This document shows, piece after piece, positions 23,301-35,329 of a stretch of DNA of 37,771 bases. Made by a program: the position numbers and the translations under genes. The stretch is from Hyphochytrium catenoides (taxonomy: Eukaryota > Protista > Hyphochytriomycota). Each line of letters starts with the position of its first letter. Within the stretch, counting starts at the first letter, position 1. The notes under the pieces are model-generated. The model searched no databases. It had not been told where the DNA came from and was given only the letters and a program-made list of their open reading frames with translations. Location: contig FLMG01004027.1 in assembly GCA_900088475.1 (NCBI GenBank), positions 1-37,771 on the forward strand, read 5' to 3'.

Positions 23301-26300
23301 GCCCTTATAGACTCATTTTGTTCTGCTGTCGCTTCCTGTATGAGAAGTTCCTTCCCTGTCACAGCGCTGTGTCCTTTGCTAATCTACTGGGTTCGGTTCG
23401 TATGTATTGTGACACATACCGCTTGACGCGCTACTTACCCCATATTTTTTTGAGGAGGTAGTCCTCATACTCTGTATGAGGTTGACTGGATCTTGTGCCT
23501 TCTTTGCAGCCCAAAGGAGTCTCGCGTTCTGACCAGGAACAAGCAACCTATCTCAGGCAACCCATAGGAACCAGAGGTGAGGGTACGGCCGTATGTTAGC
23601 CAAGAGGATGACAAGCCGTTTAAACGTACAAGCTGCAGGTAAGGAGATTGGCAGCCACGTGACACTTCCCTTACCCTGCTAGCAGCGCACATGTCAAATA
23701 CATTCGAGAGAAAGAGCTCCCTTGCTCCCTTTGCGGAAATCTTCGAGACACCTCCTGCCACTTCTGAAAAGGAAGGTGGAGGTATCTCGGGGTCGGCAAC
23801 CGAGTGTACCAAAGCTCTTTCATCCTCTTTAGAAAGTCTTGATAGGCCCACGCTGCAAAAGGGAGGGGGCGCGTGTTAGGATTGGTTACACCATAGTAGC
23901 GCAGGTAATAATCAAAGGATGGACATGGCTTTCACAACGTCCTTAGCATGATAGAAGGAGAGCGCATGGAAGAGAGTGGTGAAGTAGTCGCGGCAAAATC
24001 ACTCACTACACGTCTGCACTTCTTTGCGACACCACACAAGGGCTCGTTTGATACTTCTTCAAGCGGCCGTCCCGGAGCTCGAAAGCAAACTGACAGAATC
24101 CTGTCCCCGTCGGGTGCTAATAGCAATGACAAATTTGAAGGAGTAAATCTCATAAGGTCCGTGACTTTGGGATATTACGGCTTACGAGTCCAACCACGAA
24201 GCACATTGCAAAGACAACGTCATATGAGAGTGAGGATCTAGCGCAGTCTCAAAGGTGGCAAATTCAGTGATGGTCACCGTACAACTGAGGTGCCGGTACA
24301 GGGGAGTTCTAGGCCAGAATACAAGGGAGAGCAAGCGGGCTAGGTGCAGATGGCGGCTTCCAGATAGAGACATATCTCAAATTACCTTGACAATATTGAA
24401 AATGTCCCCTACAGCGAATTGCGCGCATATCCTCTTAGTGTCTGGATCTCTCTCCAGCACAGTTGTCGAGGTAAGTGCAAGCACTCGCTCAACTAGGGCC
24501 TAGATATAAATAGAGTTAGATGCAAACCTCTTTTAACGTCGGCTTGTTCTCCTTATAACATCACAAACCCATCCCACGGGGTGATCGCATTAGGAGCTCA
24601 TTGGACTCTCACGGTCAGACCTTATGCGGGGGTTACTTTTCAAGACTCCACGGTAGGCGACACTCCTGCTCTAACCGTACAGTCTTTCATCCGGCGCATC
24701 TAAGTTGGGAGCTATGGTTTATTTCTTTTCAGACGAAGACCGTACCTTGCTACCCTTGCTAACCTTGAAGACTGGCATCTGAAACGTTACCGGGACTGGA
24801 AGATCAAATGTTGCCGTTAGGGCCTCGTACTCCCAAGCATCCTCCACTTCTTCCACTCTCAAAGAGATTGCCAGCCAAGAGCGGAGGTTGTTCCCAATTG
24901 CTAAAAGACGAAAAGCACACAGACGCCAATAAACGAGTTAAGGGGTATCCGAAACAATGAAAGGGTTGCCCAAGCTAAGGGTGCGAAAATTATAATAGTA
25001 TGCGCCATCACAACTAACTCTTGGTCTGAAGAGACCAAAGAATGGGAGGAAGTTGTGTCCACGAAGTGCCCCAAGCATGGTACATGGCTACTTCGAGACA
25101 AAGGCAAACTGTATATAGCCCCGAAGACTGAGATAACACGTGAGGTGGAGACGAATGATGACTTAGGGAGGCAAGAAGGGTAAGTGGTAGACGTAGAAGA
25201 AGTAGAAGTATGACACCAAGCAAAGGCAAACTGACTGACAGCCCTACCCTGTATGAGAGCTTCTCTCTCCTCACACCAGTATCTATGCACCCTGTTGTTC
25301 TGGAAGTAGAGAACCAATCCCGCGGGCTCGGAGCGAAGACGCTGTACTTTGACGATGTCCATAAGGAGAGTTGATGATAGAGTGGAACCCGTTCTCTTGT
25401 CAATTCTGCAGGAAGCAATCATGGCAGGAGCGTGACTTAGGCAGCGGCAGCCTGAAGACGAGTATCGAATAGGGTAGGAGAATGTACAAGAGAGAGAACC
25501 CCAAAAAGGCTGAATAAAGGTAAGGGACCGAGCAGGAGTATCATTTAGGTCCTGGAATACGTTCAGCCAAGGGGAGGCATAAAAACTGAGAAAAAAATTT
25601 GAGAAACAGGACGTCCCCGTGCTATCTGTCAGAGCCACGATGTACCTCTCGAGAGTACTGGACCGGACCGCCAGCAGAACATCGACCGTAACGATTCGCG
25701 TTGATGAACTGTCAGAGAGTTAATGAGCATGAAAAGGTATCGAAGTGAGCCAAAAGGAGCTCATAACGGTGAGAGATGCAAGACAAAAGAAGGCTGTCTA
25801 GGTTCAGATTGCGTAAGGGCAAGCGCTGAGGAGCTGGACCTTTCGCAAAAGTCAATTTTAACAACAGGAGAAGTGACCTCAACCATCTTGCAAGTGAAGA
25901 TCGTCAGAGTAACTACCTCTTCGACGTGCTAAGCTTTTTGGCGGGGAAGGTACTGCCAAAGAGTCCGAAAAGGTTGGGCTTTATCTCTCCGCCTTCTCCC
26001 TCGGGCAACTGCGACAGCAGAGGGCCAGACTGCTCTCTAAGCTTACAATAGGCGGATATGAAGGCATTCCTATGGCGAGAGGTGTAGGTCTCTTTGCTCT
26101 TTCCTATGCTCATGGTAAAGCCCTTCTCATTATTCACATCAGGAGCCAATGTCACGTCCTATAAGCAGAGCATTACACAGGGAAGAAGTGAGAGATGCCG
26201 TGAACGAAGAGGTAGCGGAAATATGGCGGCGAGCGGACAGAGAAGATGACAGAAGACATTGTTCCAGCGTTGGAAGTGAGTTAGGCGCAGAACTGCCCGC

Positions 26301-26544
26301 TAAACCCTACTAGAACCGGGCGGGTAGATACCTTGATGTCACTGTACGCATACTTCTCCTTGATGTCGCCACTACTGGGGTCGATGACATAGAGATACTG
26401 AAGTGAAAGGGCCAGTATCCGCTTCGAAGACCGGAGGAAGCCCTGTCGAGTCACAAAGAACTGGGCACAGACAGCTTCTCCTGTCCTTAGGCGCCATCCC
26501 TCATCTAGGGAGGAGCCAGAGAGACCTGGCTTCGTCTCAGTCAT
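11341..26544 (-). CDS. RME-8/DNAJC13 (GRV2)-like endosomal scaffold; many exons, divergent, no J-domain detected
   Basis: Exon peptides are collinear with RME-8: CAQFFVTRQGFLRSSKRILAL (PH-like 1); VERVLALTSTTVLERDPDT; LLDFNVNVGVRG; ALHRILYTRAGFEA; HHQKDLIWGQE; VRWNSQAFEL..IRVGPYFLALLLDE; PRLYRTGIFYYLLRY..ETHLRQKF; ENDTPELLWGQAMRERL; YYLRNLLDVQEYPDWPIRD; NTTTATLVWTEETREEM; FVYQALERELKICGIYVRYFN; terminal GKEVSEELERSPVWGSYK...RRRW* (stop 11341-11343). The ATG at 26544 is tentative, and not every exon boundary was resolved. Confidence 0.9.
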
Positions 26545-27530
26545 TGTGAGCTGCTGATAACTCTCTCCTTGCACGCCGTTTCGGCCGTCAGTCACTCGCT
26601 ATTCTCCCTATTGAGTCCTAGCTAGAAGCCGATGGATACGTGTACCGGCAAAGATCGTCATCCGCCTTTCTTCTGTCTCGATACGAGTCCCATTCTCTGA
26701 CTCGTCTTCATGGCAACCGCCTGCCGCTTCTGGCAGAGCCTACTTTCTACCGCTGGCCCTGCCATTCAGGACAGGGGCCTAGAGGCAGATTGACCCTTCC
26801 TCTATCCTGCATCGTACGCTCTTAGAAGAAGACTGGGAACCTGCTGGGAGCTGTGCACTAGCGGTGATGCGGCGGAGTCAAACAGGCGAGGGATCAGAAG
26901 GCGATGAGGTTGAGGATCTTGACAGGAAAGCTTCTTTCTTCTTCCGCTTTTCGTAGCTTCCCCATCATAGTTCCCATGTGAACTTGTGAGTTATTGTCGG
27001 TTTCTACCATCTGTTGAGTAATAACTGTTACATAGCAGCAACCTAGGCGTTATCTACCAGTATTATGCCGATATTTCACGGTGTTTTTCACGTAACCATT
27101 TTACTGTACGTTGGTAATAAACGTTTATGATATTCAACTGGGAACTATTGGACGATTCTTCTGCTCTATCCTCCCACTTCTATGAAGATTAGATTGCCTG
27201 ATGATGGCTCTAGCCGGGTTCTTCTCCATGCGCTTGAGGAAGAAGCTTCGTACAAGTGAGCCTTTCACCATCCAGGCTACTGCCGGCTCCAGGCAGTGTG
27301 TCCTCGTTGCTGGGCCTATGTTGGGCCTTCAGCGGCTTGAGGCAGCAAAGGTGTGGGCCTTTTATCTGGGTCCAAGTGTCGAGACGTGTCGAGACTAGTC
27401 TTATTTGAACGGGAGCAGGTCACTCTTCTTACGTTTCAAAGACCAGGGCACAGAGACCTGCTTGCTTCGCCTTTGTCCTTGGCGAAAGACGCAATGCCCT
27501 AGCATAGCCAGTAAATAGAAGTTTGGCTCA

Positions 27531-30160
27531 TCAGCGATACATAGATAGTATCACGCTGATCAGGATGGCCACTAGTGCGAGAAGGATAGCTCCTATGGTA
27601 AGAGTTATATTGAGTCCTTTGGGCTTCTCCTGCTCCAGTGCTGCTACTGGCTGCCCTTTGGCTTGGACATTGGTCGCACTTGGAAGCATAGCTGTGGACG
27701 ATAGGTATGTCAAGTTCCCTTCGCTGGCGGCTTCTTGAAGAAATTGGTCCCCTCCTGAACTCGGGTCCGCCCAAGTAACGCCTGTCCACGTGGTCAGACG
27801 TACAGGGTGATTAAGGGCAAAACTCAGAATAGTACTGCCGGATTGGTCATATCACCTCAATAGCGAAGTATATTGACACCGAAAGTCGAGAGGGGACCAA
27901 AACAAATGGGAGAGAACCGAAGAAACAATCTGTTCAGGCCGGCGGCTGATAGGTAGAACCACAGCCGTCGATGAGAAGGAGAGAAGGAACTCATAAGAGA
28001 TCGCAGCGTGCCCTATATAGGGAGATAGGTGAGGTGCGATGGTAGAGAGATAGAGCTGAGGATGAGAAAAGAGGAAGACGAGATTGCCGGTAGTGCTATC
28101 ATAGCTAGGAGCACATTAGTCACGAACCCAGTATCTCGTAACAGCTGGTTATTGCCTCCTCAATGCTGTCGTCCGGCATGAGGTAACAGCCAACGCGGAA
28201 GGTCCTGTCATTTTCTCCAGTTGAAGGGCGGGGCCAAGGCGCTAGATAACGACGAGGAAGGTGCACGGCACCACCCTTAACTAAAGGGATGCGATCCACA
28301 CAGTGCAGGATATCTGGCGGATATGTAGCAGGGGTAATAGAGAGGCCCAGTGAGAGAGGTACGCCGTCATAGATGCAGAAGTGAGAGATCAAGCTAAACG
28401 CCAGGCAGAGGCAGGAAAGACTGCTCTATGGTTAGGGAATCGCCTGACACCATAACGGCCATAAAAACTGCCCTTACCAGCTTCGAAGACGGACTCATCC
28501 TCAGCATCTATTTCGTCTTCCTCTATGTAATCTTCAAGACCTCTTTCCCAATCGTCAGACAAAAGTTGAAGTCTACTGTCAAGACTTCGGATTAAATCTT
28601 CTCTGATGAAGCGCTGGATACGGGCATCCGTCGCCTCCTGTGACGGTCAGAGAGTTCACTAAATCTGCAATACCTTTCTCAGTTCTTTCCAGTCTTCACA
28701 ACCCTCTCATTTCTCAGACGATTGACCATCCCTTCTTTTTCCTCTGAGGAGGTGTCTCCGTCTCCCGCATACGATAGCCTCTGGGCTTACCTTCTCATGT
28801 ACGTAAGCTATGACGTGTATGCTGCCAAAGACTCTCATGGTGGTTGGCGAACAGAAAGACAGCTCTCCAAGACTAGTAGACATCTTATATCGGCTTTCTG
28901 GGTCTAAATAGACGTCCACCCGCCTACAAGAGAGACTAGGAGCTGTAGAATTGTCGTTCGCTCGTCTCTTGCCTTCTTTCCGTCTTCCTGAAGGCGAAGT
29001 GTCTCGAGGGACCACCAAGGCGTCTGCCATCGTCCTGAGGTAGTCCTTAAAGGCTTTATCACAGTTCGACTGTTTTTCTCTCAGGTCATGCAGAGCATCC
29101 TCTATCGCCGATGAGCTCCTTTCGAGTGATTTATGGCCCTCTGGAGCTGCGTGATCTTTGACTTTCGAAGGGTTCTGGATTGTTACTGCCGTGTCTATAT
29201 CTACAGTGCCATCGACGGCCGTAAACTTTGATAAAATATGCTGCCACTTGAGCTGTGCCGGCTGCGAATCGCAAGTTGAAGTGATGATGAGGCGCAGAAG
29301 AGAGTTGGGAGAGATTGTCAAACAACGGTCAAGAATAGAGCGATCACAGAGGTATTGATTCGTCCTGACCTGTAGGTCTGATAGGTTTCCCTTTCCGATC
29401 CTCAGAGTGTACGCGCTGGTCCTGACACTAAGATGTAACAAGTACAAGGACGAGGCTTGCCCTTCGTCCTCTCCGTCTGCAATGTTTACAGGAAGAGTTC
29501 TTGCTTCCCTCACAGCTAATGCATGCTGCCTAGTTGTAGACAGGGCATCGTTTGGGCTCTCAGACGATAAAACGTACACGCCGATAAGAGAGAGACCGCC
29601 AGGAAGAGAACGAGCGACCTGTCGGGCGTGCTCTTGAGTCCAAATGCGGGGAAGATCCTTCAATGACTTCACGGCTTCACCCTCTGGCAAGAGATTTAAA
29701 CGTCATCTACGTTAGCATGCAAGTGGTTCGGCTAGCGCTTGAAACAAGCAAAGGCAGAAACGAACAAACTATAACCGGGAGCAATAGAGGTCTGTCTAAA
29801 GCATAAACAGACGACTGAGCAGCAGAGCAGCCCATCACGACAGCTGTAACCGCGTTAAAGCAAGCTACTATGAAACATAGAGAGTGGAAATTCGTGGGCA
29901 GTGAGTCGTGAATGGGCTATTTACCATTGGCCGGCGGCGTGGGTACATGGAAAAGGACGTAGTCTTTATCCTCAGCTCCAACCTAAGGAAAAGGTAGCCG
30001 CGTCAACCTAGCGGAAGGGACTGGTCTGGGGCATTCCTAGAGGAAACAAGCTTCCGCATACCTGTCCAATAAGCAGACCAAAGGCAAAGGGTGTCCGTTC
30101 TTGCACAGCTCCATCCAGAGTGCGCTGAATACTCTCATCTATGAAGCACATAGAAGGCAT
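27531..30160 (-). CDS. ODR4: ODR-4 homolog (tail-anchored ER membrane protein, odorant response abnormal 4-like), ~7 exons
   Basis: Exon 1 (30160-30062) MPSMCFIDESIQ..AFGLLIGQ; exon 2 (29982-29925) KDYVLFHVPTPP; exon 3 WTQEHARQVARSLPGGLSLIGVYV; later exons IREDLIRSLDSRL and HLPRRYLAP..CYLMPDD; C-terminal TM segment ITLTIGAILLALVAILISVIL. These match ODR-4 family motifs (GLLIGQ, DYV, W..EHA.QV.R.LPGG). Confidence 0.9.
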
Positions 30161-31699
30161 GGCGATAGTGCTCCTCCTCTAAGACGGGTTCCTGTCAGCT
30201 TGCACGTTGATCTCGGCGAATGACTGCCTCCTAGCCCCTGTCAAGTATGACCGCTGCGCCTACAACGTCATTCACCAAGCGTCTGAGGCGCCACAGCGTT
30301 ACGCTACGCCGTAAAATCTCCTAAAGAAAGTAGCACTATGCAGACGATGATGCTTCAAGCTGGCTTCTCACGAAGCTCAACATTAGATTGACAACAGAGA
30401 TTCTGCAGAAGCTGCAGACACCATGAGAAGTGAAGTGAAAAGCCCATACACGAAATAGAAGTCGATATTCCGAAAAGGAAGGCCAGGCGCCGAGTGCAGC
30501 TACTGCTTACCTCAATAGTTTTGTCTCATAAAGTCTCCTCACTTCGAATTTACTATCCTTATCCTAAAATAAAACTCGCATTGATGATGCTTCATCAGCA
30601 ATCTGGTTCTTCCTTTCTTCGCTCATCTTCAGCGGCCAATAGTTCTACTATGGCCTTTATGACCTATGACAGACTCAACGCAACGAAGATCATCGCTTGG
30701 CCTCGGTGCTTCTCCTTCAATCCATCAAGGACCCCTCTGTCTGCAATCTTCATGGTAGCTCTAGCACTGAGGCTTGAGATCCTTGCGGGAAGGGCGGCAC
30801 CCTTAGGCTACGGCATGATCTTCATTTAAAGTGCTTGTGAAAGAAAGAGAGATCAGGAAGAAGGTAATGGACAATTGGTCGTCTAATAAGCTGGATGTAA
30901 GAGTAAGCGTCATCTCCATCGCTATCATCTCGTATAGTCTCTCTCTCTCTCTGTCTTATTCATGCGGTTTTCTACATTCATAGGGGATGGCCATTATTGC
31001 TGCTGAGGCGGGAAGCACTATGGATAGAGCCCAATACTACCATGAATGCCTTTAAGAGGACGATGATGACAGTAGTTAGTTAGAGAAGAAAAGAAGTGAC
31101 AAGCGACGACATCATCTTGCCTTCCCTTCTTATTCCTCTCATTTCTCCCTGGGAGTTTAGCAGCAGGAAGCCCGGCTAACGAGGAATGCCTTTAGAGAGA
31201 GAAGAGGTGATGCTGGCTGAATCGTCCATCACCTTAGTACTTAGGATCTAAGGTAAATCTGTAAGTAGACAGAAAATAGAGACGGAAGCATGAGTCAATG
31301 GTCTGACCTATTGATAATACTCTTGGTCGATATTGGCGGACGGAGGGGAAACAGAGAGCTCTATGCAGCGACATTAAGCAAAACAGGGAGCAGCAAGTAA
31401 GATTAGAGACAACAGAACGCTTGGTAGTAGAAATATGAGACATATTTGAAGAGAAGCAACCTGGTTAGAGCAGCCCCAACAACGGCATCTATCCTCCCAA
31501 GGACACTATCATTAACAGACTATGGTCACTAGTCGCTGTCGCTCGGTGGAGAGCAATGTCTCACTTAAGTGGTGCCCCTGACCAAGCTTCAACGAGGGCC
31601 GAAGACGCGCCGATAATCACTGAGCACATTACCGGCAGCACCCTTGTTATCGATAAGAAGCCGTTGAGCGAAGAAGAGGTCTGAGAATGCTACGCGCTA

Positions 31700-33061
31700 T
31701 TATAAGAATTCTGCGATGGTCTCCTCGATGGCTGTGCGATACACTCCTTCCATTCTATGGTGCGCTGCACTCATTGTGACCAAGGTCGGTTTAATGCCCG
31801 CAGATCCGCAAGAGTCCCTAGTGAGGCCCCGTGCATCCACATGGTATCCACCATCTTCCTCTGTTTCAACTTTATAAGGTATTCCCCAGTGAGTGAAGGC
31901 AGGAGTGATGCCATCCGCCTTCACCGTCCCGAACTGGCAGGTTATCCAATCCTCGCCGTGGAAGAACCGGTGCTTCTGGATTAGACCACCAAGCTCGAGC
32001 TTTTTGAACAAGTCATCAGCGTTGAACGCTTGATGAACTTGCGGAAGACCTCTCGGCTCCCCAAAGGTCAGGACACGTATTCTCGTGTCAGCGTAGGTTC
32101 TAGTAGCCATTTCTTTCTTTTCACTTCTTTCTCTCGCCGTTGCTTTTCCGTCCTTGCTGTTCGCTTCGTCGGGCATAGCCGTCTTGTCTTGCTCGACAGT
32201 AACAGTCGCGCTTTCAGGGTTCCTGTTTAAGTATGGGTCACTATACATTTGCCGCTGGATGTAGTCTGTCAGGACTATGCCAGCAATGGAAGCAATGGCG
32301 CCACCTCGAGAATGTCCGGTAAGAATCACCCTATGACCGATGCAGAATGACTCATAGAAGTTGAAAAAATCGTCTTCAAACTGTGCATAGCCAATGTAGA
32401 AGCCCCGGTGGACCTTGCCCGTGTTATCCTTCGCGCCGTAGCGCTGCATACTGCTCAGAGATTTGTCAAAGTTTCCAAACATTTGGGGTGATCCGCTTGT
32501 CCCGCGCCATGCAAAGACACAAACAGTCTCCTGACCGTCATTGAAGCGGGAGAAGATAGCGTAGTCGCCACTTGTTCTGCCCGGGACCCTTTTAAAGGCT
32601 AGAGGACTGGGATCACCCACTGTTGGCCATCGATCTTCATAGTACACGATGGAAGCGTAGTCCGCAGCCAAAAGCGCGGCATCCACTTGTCTTCGGTTAT
32701 CATTCCACGGGAGGAGGTACTTCATTCTCTCCTGACTTGAAGGAGCCTCTGTAGCTCTGGCTTTCTCTGTTCTCTGCGTTTCCGAAGGTCCTCTGAGTAT
32801 CTGTTTTTTTGAGTTCTCCTGATGATTAGACCACAAAGGCTGTTGGCTTTCTGAGTCCATTCTGGTTGGGTCCTTTGGCGCTGATGACACCCCAGGCTGG
32901 TCTTTTACTGTTGGCTCTGCAGTGCCCTCGTTCTGTTCTAGTAGTTCGCGTGCCAGGTTAAAATTGGGTCTAAGGTTCATGGCTGCCCTTGCCCTGCATA
33001 GAAAAGCAACCCCCACTGCCAATAGGAAGCACGCAGAGCAAAGAGACTTTAGATGAACCAT
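31700..33061 (-). CDS. Secreted class-3 lipase (alpha/beta hydrolase), intronless, ~453 aa
   Basis: Signal-peptide-like N-terminus (MVHLKSLCSACFLLAVGVAFLCRARA). Lipase_3 motifs: VFAWRGT, KVHRGFY, VILTGHSRGGAIA (GxSxG), VLTFGEPR, HGEDWIT (Asp), FTHWG, AAHHRM (His). First ATG at 33061; the supplied ORF starts at TTG 33067. Confidence 0.9.
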   Translation of the reverse strand: MVHLKSLCSACFLLAVGVAFLCRARAAMNLRPNFNLARELLEQNEGTAEPTVKDQPGVSSAPKDPTRMDSESQQPLWSNHQENSKKQILRGPSETQRTEKARATEAPSSQERMKYLLPWNDNRRQVDAALLAADYASIVYYEDRWPTVGDPSPLAFKRVPGRTSGDYAIFSRFNDGQETVCVFAWRGTSGSPQMFGNFDKSLSSMQRYGAKDNTGKVHRGFYIGYAQFEDDFFNFYESFCIGHRVILTGHSRGGAIASIAGIVLTDYIQRQMYSDPYLNRNPESATVTVEQDKTAMPDEANSKDGKATARERSEKKEMATRTYADTRIRVLTFGEPRGLPQVHQAFNADDLFKKLELGGLIQKHRFFHGEDWITCQFGTVKADGITPAFTHWGIPYKVETEEDGGYHVDARGLTRDSCGSAGIKPTLVTMSAAHHRMEGVYRTAIEETIAEFL

Positions 33062-34479
33062 CTTCAAAGGGTTATGACGTGACTCGGTTGCAGCTATAGG
33101 TATCGCCGCCGAGGCTCCGGGTCAATGCGCCTTCGTCTCCACTGGTTATGACTAGAGGTTCGCGCAGGCCCAAGCTGCTGCCATATGGTAGAGAATGAGG
33201 AATGATGTATGGGAGTGAGCACTACCGACGGGCAAGAATTACTCGGTAGATCCCCACTCCTCTGTCTTACTTCCTCCATCCCTCTACTCGTACTCCTTGC
33301 TTGGTCATTCCAAAATCCGTCCCAAGCACCAGCTCCTCTTTAGCGATTGAAGTCACTATCAGCCCAGCCCTTGCTTTACCGCAGCAAAGCCGGCAAGGAG
33401 GTCTTCCCACCTGGACAACGAGAAGCATCGTATACCAGTAGGCAGTAGGACCCTGTGATGAGTTTTAGTACCCTATATTATGTGTGCCTTGATTCTTGAT
33501 TCTCCATTGACATGAGCGCGGACTCCTCTCCTTCCACTCCTTTGGAGGTTCACAGTCCTTGAGGATATATATCTAGGTCTCTGTAGAACTACGCTGGGAA
33601 GTCGGTGAAAGCACATGTCCAGGGTGTCCGCTTCGCTCCGATGCTGTCTGGACAGCAGGAGGGCTCTGACTAATATAAGAGGAGTGCTCTGAGCAATACA
33701 TGCCTCGTTCCTCGCTTTTTACACGGTAAAACGGTACAGATACTTTTTGCTCGTTTTATGTGGAATTATCGGAAGGGAGGGACTGGCTTTCCTAGACGAG
33801 GGAGTGAGACGGACGAAAGGGTCAAGACCCCTTACTTACCTGAACAAAGGAAGGGCAAGAAAAATGATTCTGAACTGTCTTCCCTTGTTATCTCCTCTAC
33901 ACTGTGGTGTCATATGTTGGCGATTGAATACTGCCGGCTTCTTCAACCTCATCACCCTCTTCCTTCTCCTTCTCTTAGGTACTTCCTTCTTGTTAGAACC
34001 ATCATGGCATCCAGCATTCCAGGCCCTGGGTTGCTATTCGATGGACGAGCTGCCCAGCTGGTCGAAAGTATCAAGGGATAAGTGCCTACAATGTTACGCC
34101 AAGAAATGTGACTTGTTTAATTCTAGTCCTTGCACCTGAACGGCTAGTTTAGACAAGCTATCACCAACTGAGGAGAAGGAGGACGCTGCCTGCCACCGCA
34201 TTTGTTGTTCTAGAGAGGAGGACCTATCGAAGGAACTGGCGGGGAAGATCGACTGCTGCACATCAGAAACAGCCTGCTGGCTGGTTGTTGGCTATTTTCA
34301 AAGCTTGCCCAGCCCTCACTACTAAGAAGACTCTCTTTCTATGAAAAGGACAAACCTACGGAGGACAGCTCCAAAGCAGCCTTAGATCTATTAGTATTCT
34401 TAGGCGGCAAGGACCGCCTCTCTATCTCCTTTCAAGGTCACCCGTCATCATGATGCAAAGATTGGAAAAATTGTTTATA

Positions 34480-35140
34480 ATACTTTGTTTTCTATTAGTC
34501 GGGCGAAAATCCTGGACAAATGGATTGTTCTGTAGTGCAAGGAATATAACGCCTCGGCCTCGTCCTCGGCTCGATCTCCTCCACGCTCATCATCAGTAGA
34601 GGAAGAATCCATCAAGTTCAACCGCCGCGAGGCAAGCAAAGAAGGGTACAGCTGCTCAAGAGTAATACGCTTCCAAATCTGAAGCACATTTTCGTCATGA
34701 ATTGCTATAGAGATTCTCTTTGAAGGCGTAAAGCCATGGCCAAACGGGACCATTGACCAAGATGCCGAGAAGCATCAAGAGCAGAGCGGTCACACTACAC
34801 GGAAGCTTCACCAGATCTCCCACACAATCAACGACGCCCGGCATAGCTCCCCCAAACAACTCCCAAGCTATTGGGACAAACTGCAGCCCTACCGCTTACA
34901 AGGAACCTCGTACTTCTTCAGCTTAGCCTTCTCAGATAAGCGACCTTGATGCCTGCATGGATTGCTGCATAAGGAAGGGTTCTAGACTGCAACGAGTCCT
35001 GACAGACACATCAAAGGCAAAAGGCCGTATGCTGATACGAGGCGGAGAAGCCACGAACCCAACAAATCTCCCGGTTTCAGATTTGACCCCGTGTTGTTCA
35101 CAAGTGGCGTGGGAAGCTTCTTGAACACAATTCCTTGTTA
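34480..35140 (-). mobile_element. Degenerate, 5'-truncated non-LTR retrotransposon fragment A: restriction-like endonuclease (RLE) C-terminus, CRE/R2-type
   Basis: Across frameshifts it reads NLKPGDL (KPGD 35066-35077)...RPFAFDVSVRT...YAAIHAG..GRLSEKAKLKKYE..C..GLQFVPIAWELFGG...KRISIAIHDENVLQIWKR. This fits the (R/K)P(G)D..D..K..KY..F.P...E.FGG..RLS RLE signature. Confidence 0.8.
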
Positions 35141-35189
35141 TGTGACTCAGCACGAAACGTAAGGCCTTACTACTATAACGAACTAAGAA

Positions 35190-35286
35190 GAGACGAAGAG
35201 GGAGGAGAGGGAGAAGAAGAAGGAGAAGAAGGAGAAGAGGGAGAAGAGGAAGAAGATGAAGAAGAAGGAAAATGAAGAGGAAAAAA
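35190..35286 (+). repeat. Imperfect (GAA/GAG)n purine tract between the two retroelement fragments
   Basis: gaagagggaggagagggagaagaagaaggagaagaaggagaagagggagaagaggaagaagatgaagaagaagg. Confidence 0.85.
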
Positions 35287-35329
35287 GAGCTACAAAGCCC
35301 TGAGCTCTTCAACACATTGGTCCCCTCAC

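Noticed and set aside
24901-25638. 245-aa minus-strand ORF as an independent gene
   Set aside because: Only the central RIDKRTG...EREALIQ part is an RME-8 exon with splice sites; the rest is open intron sequence.
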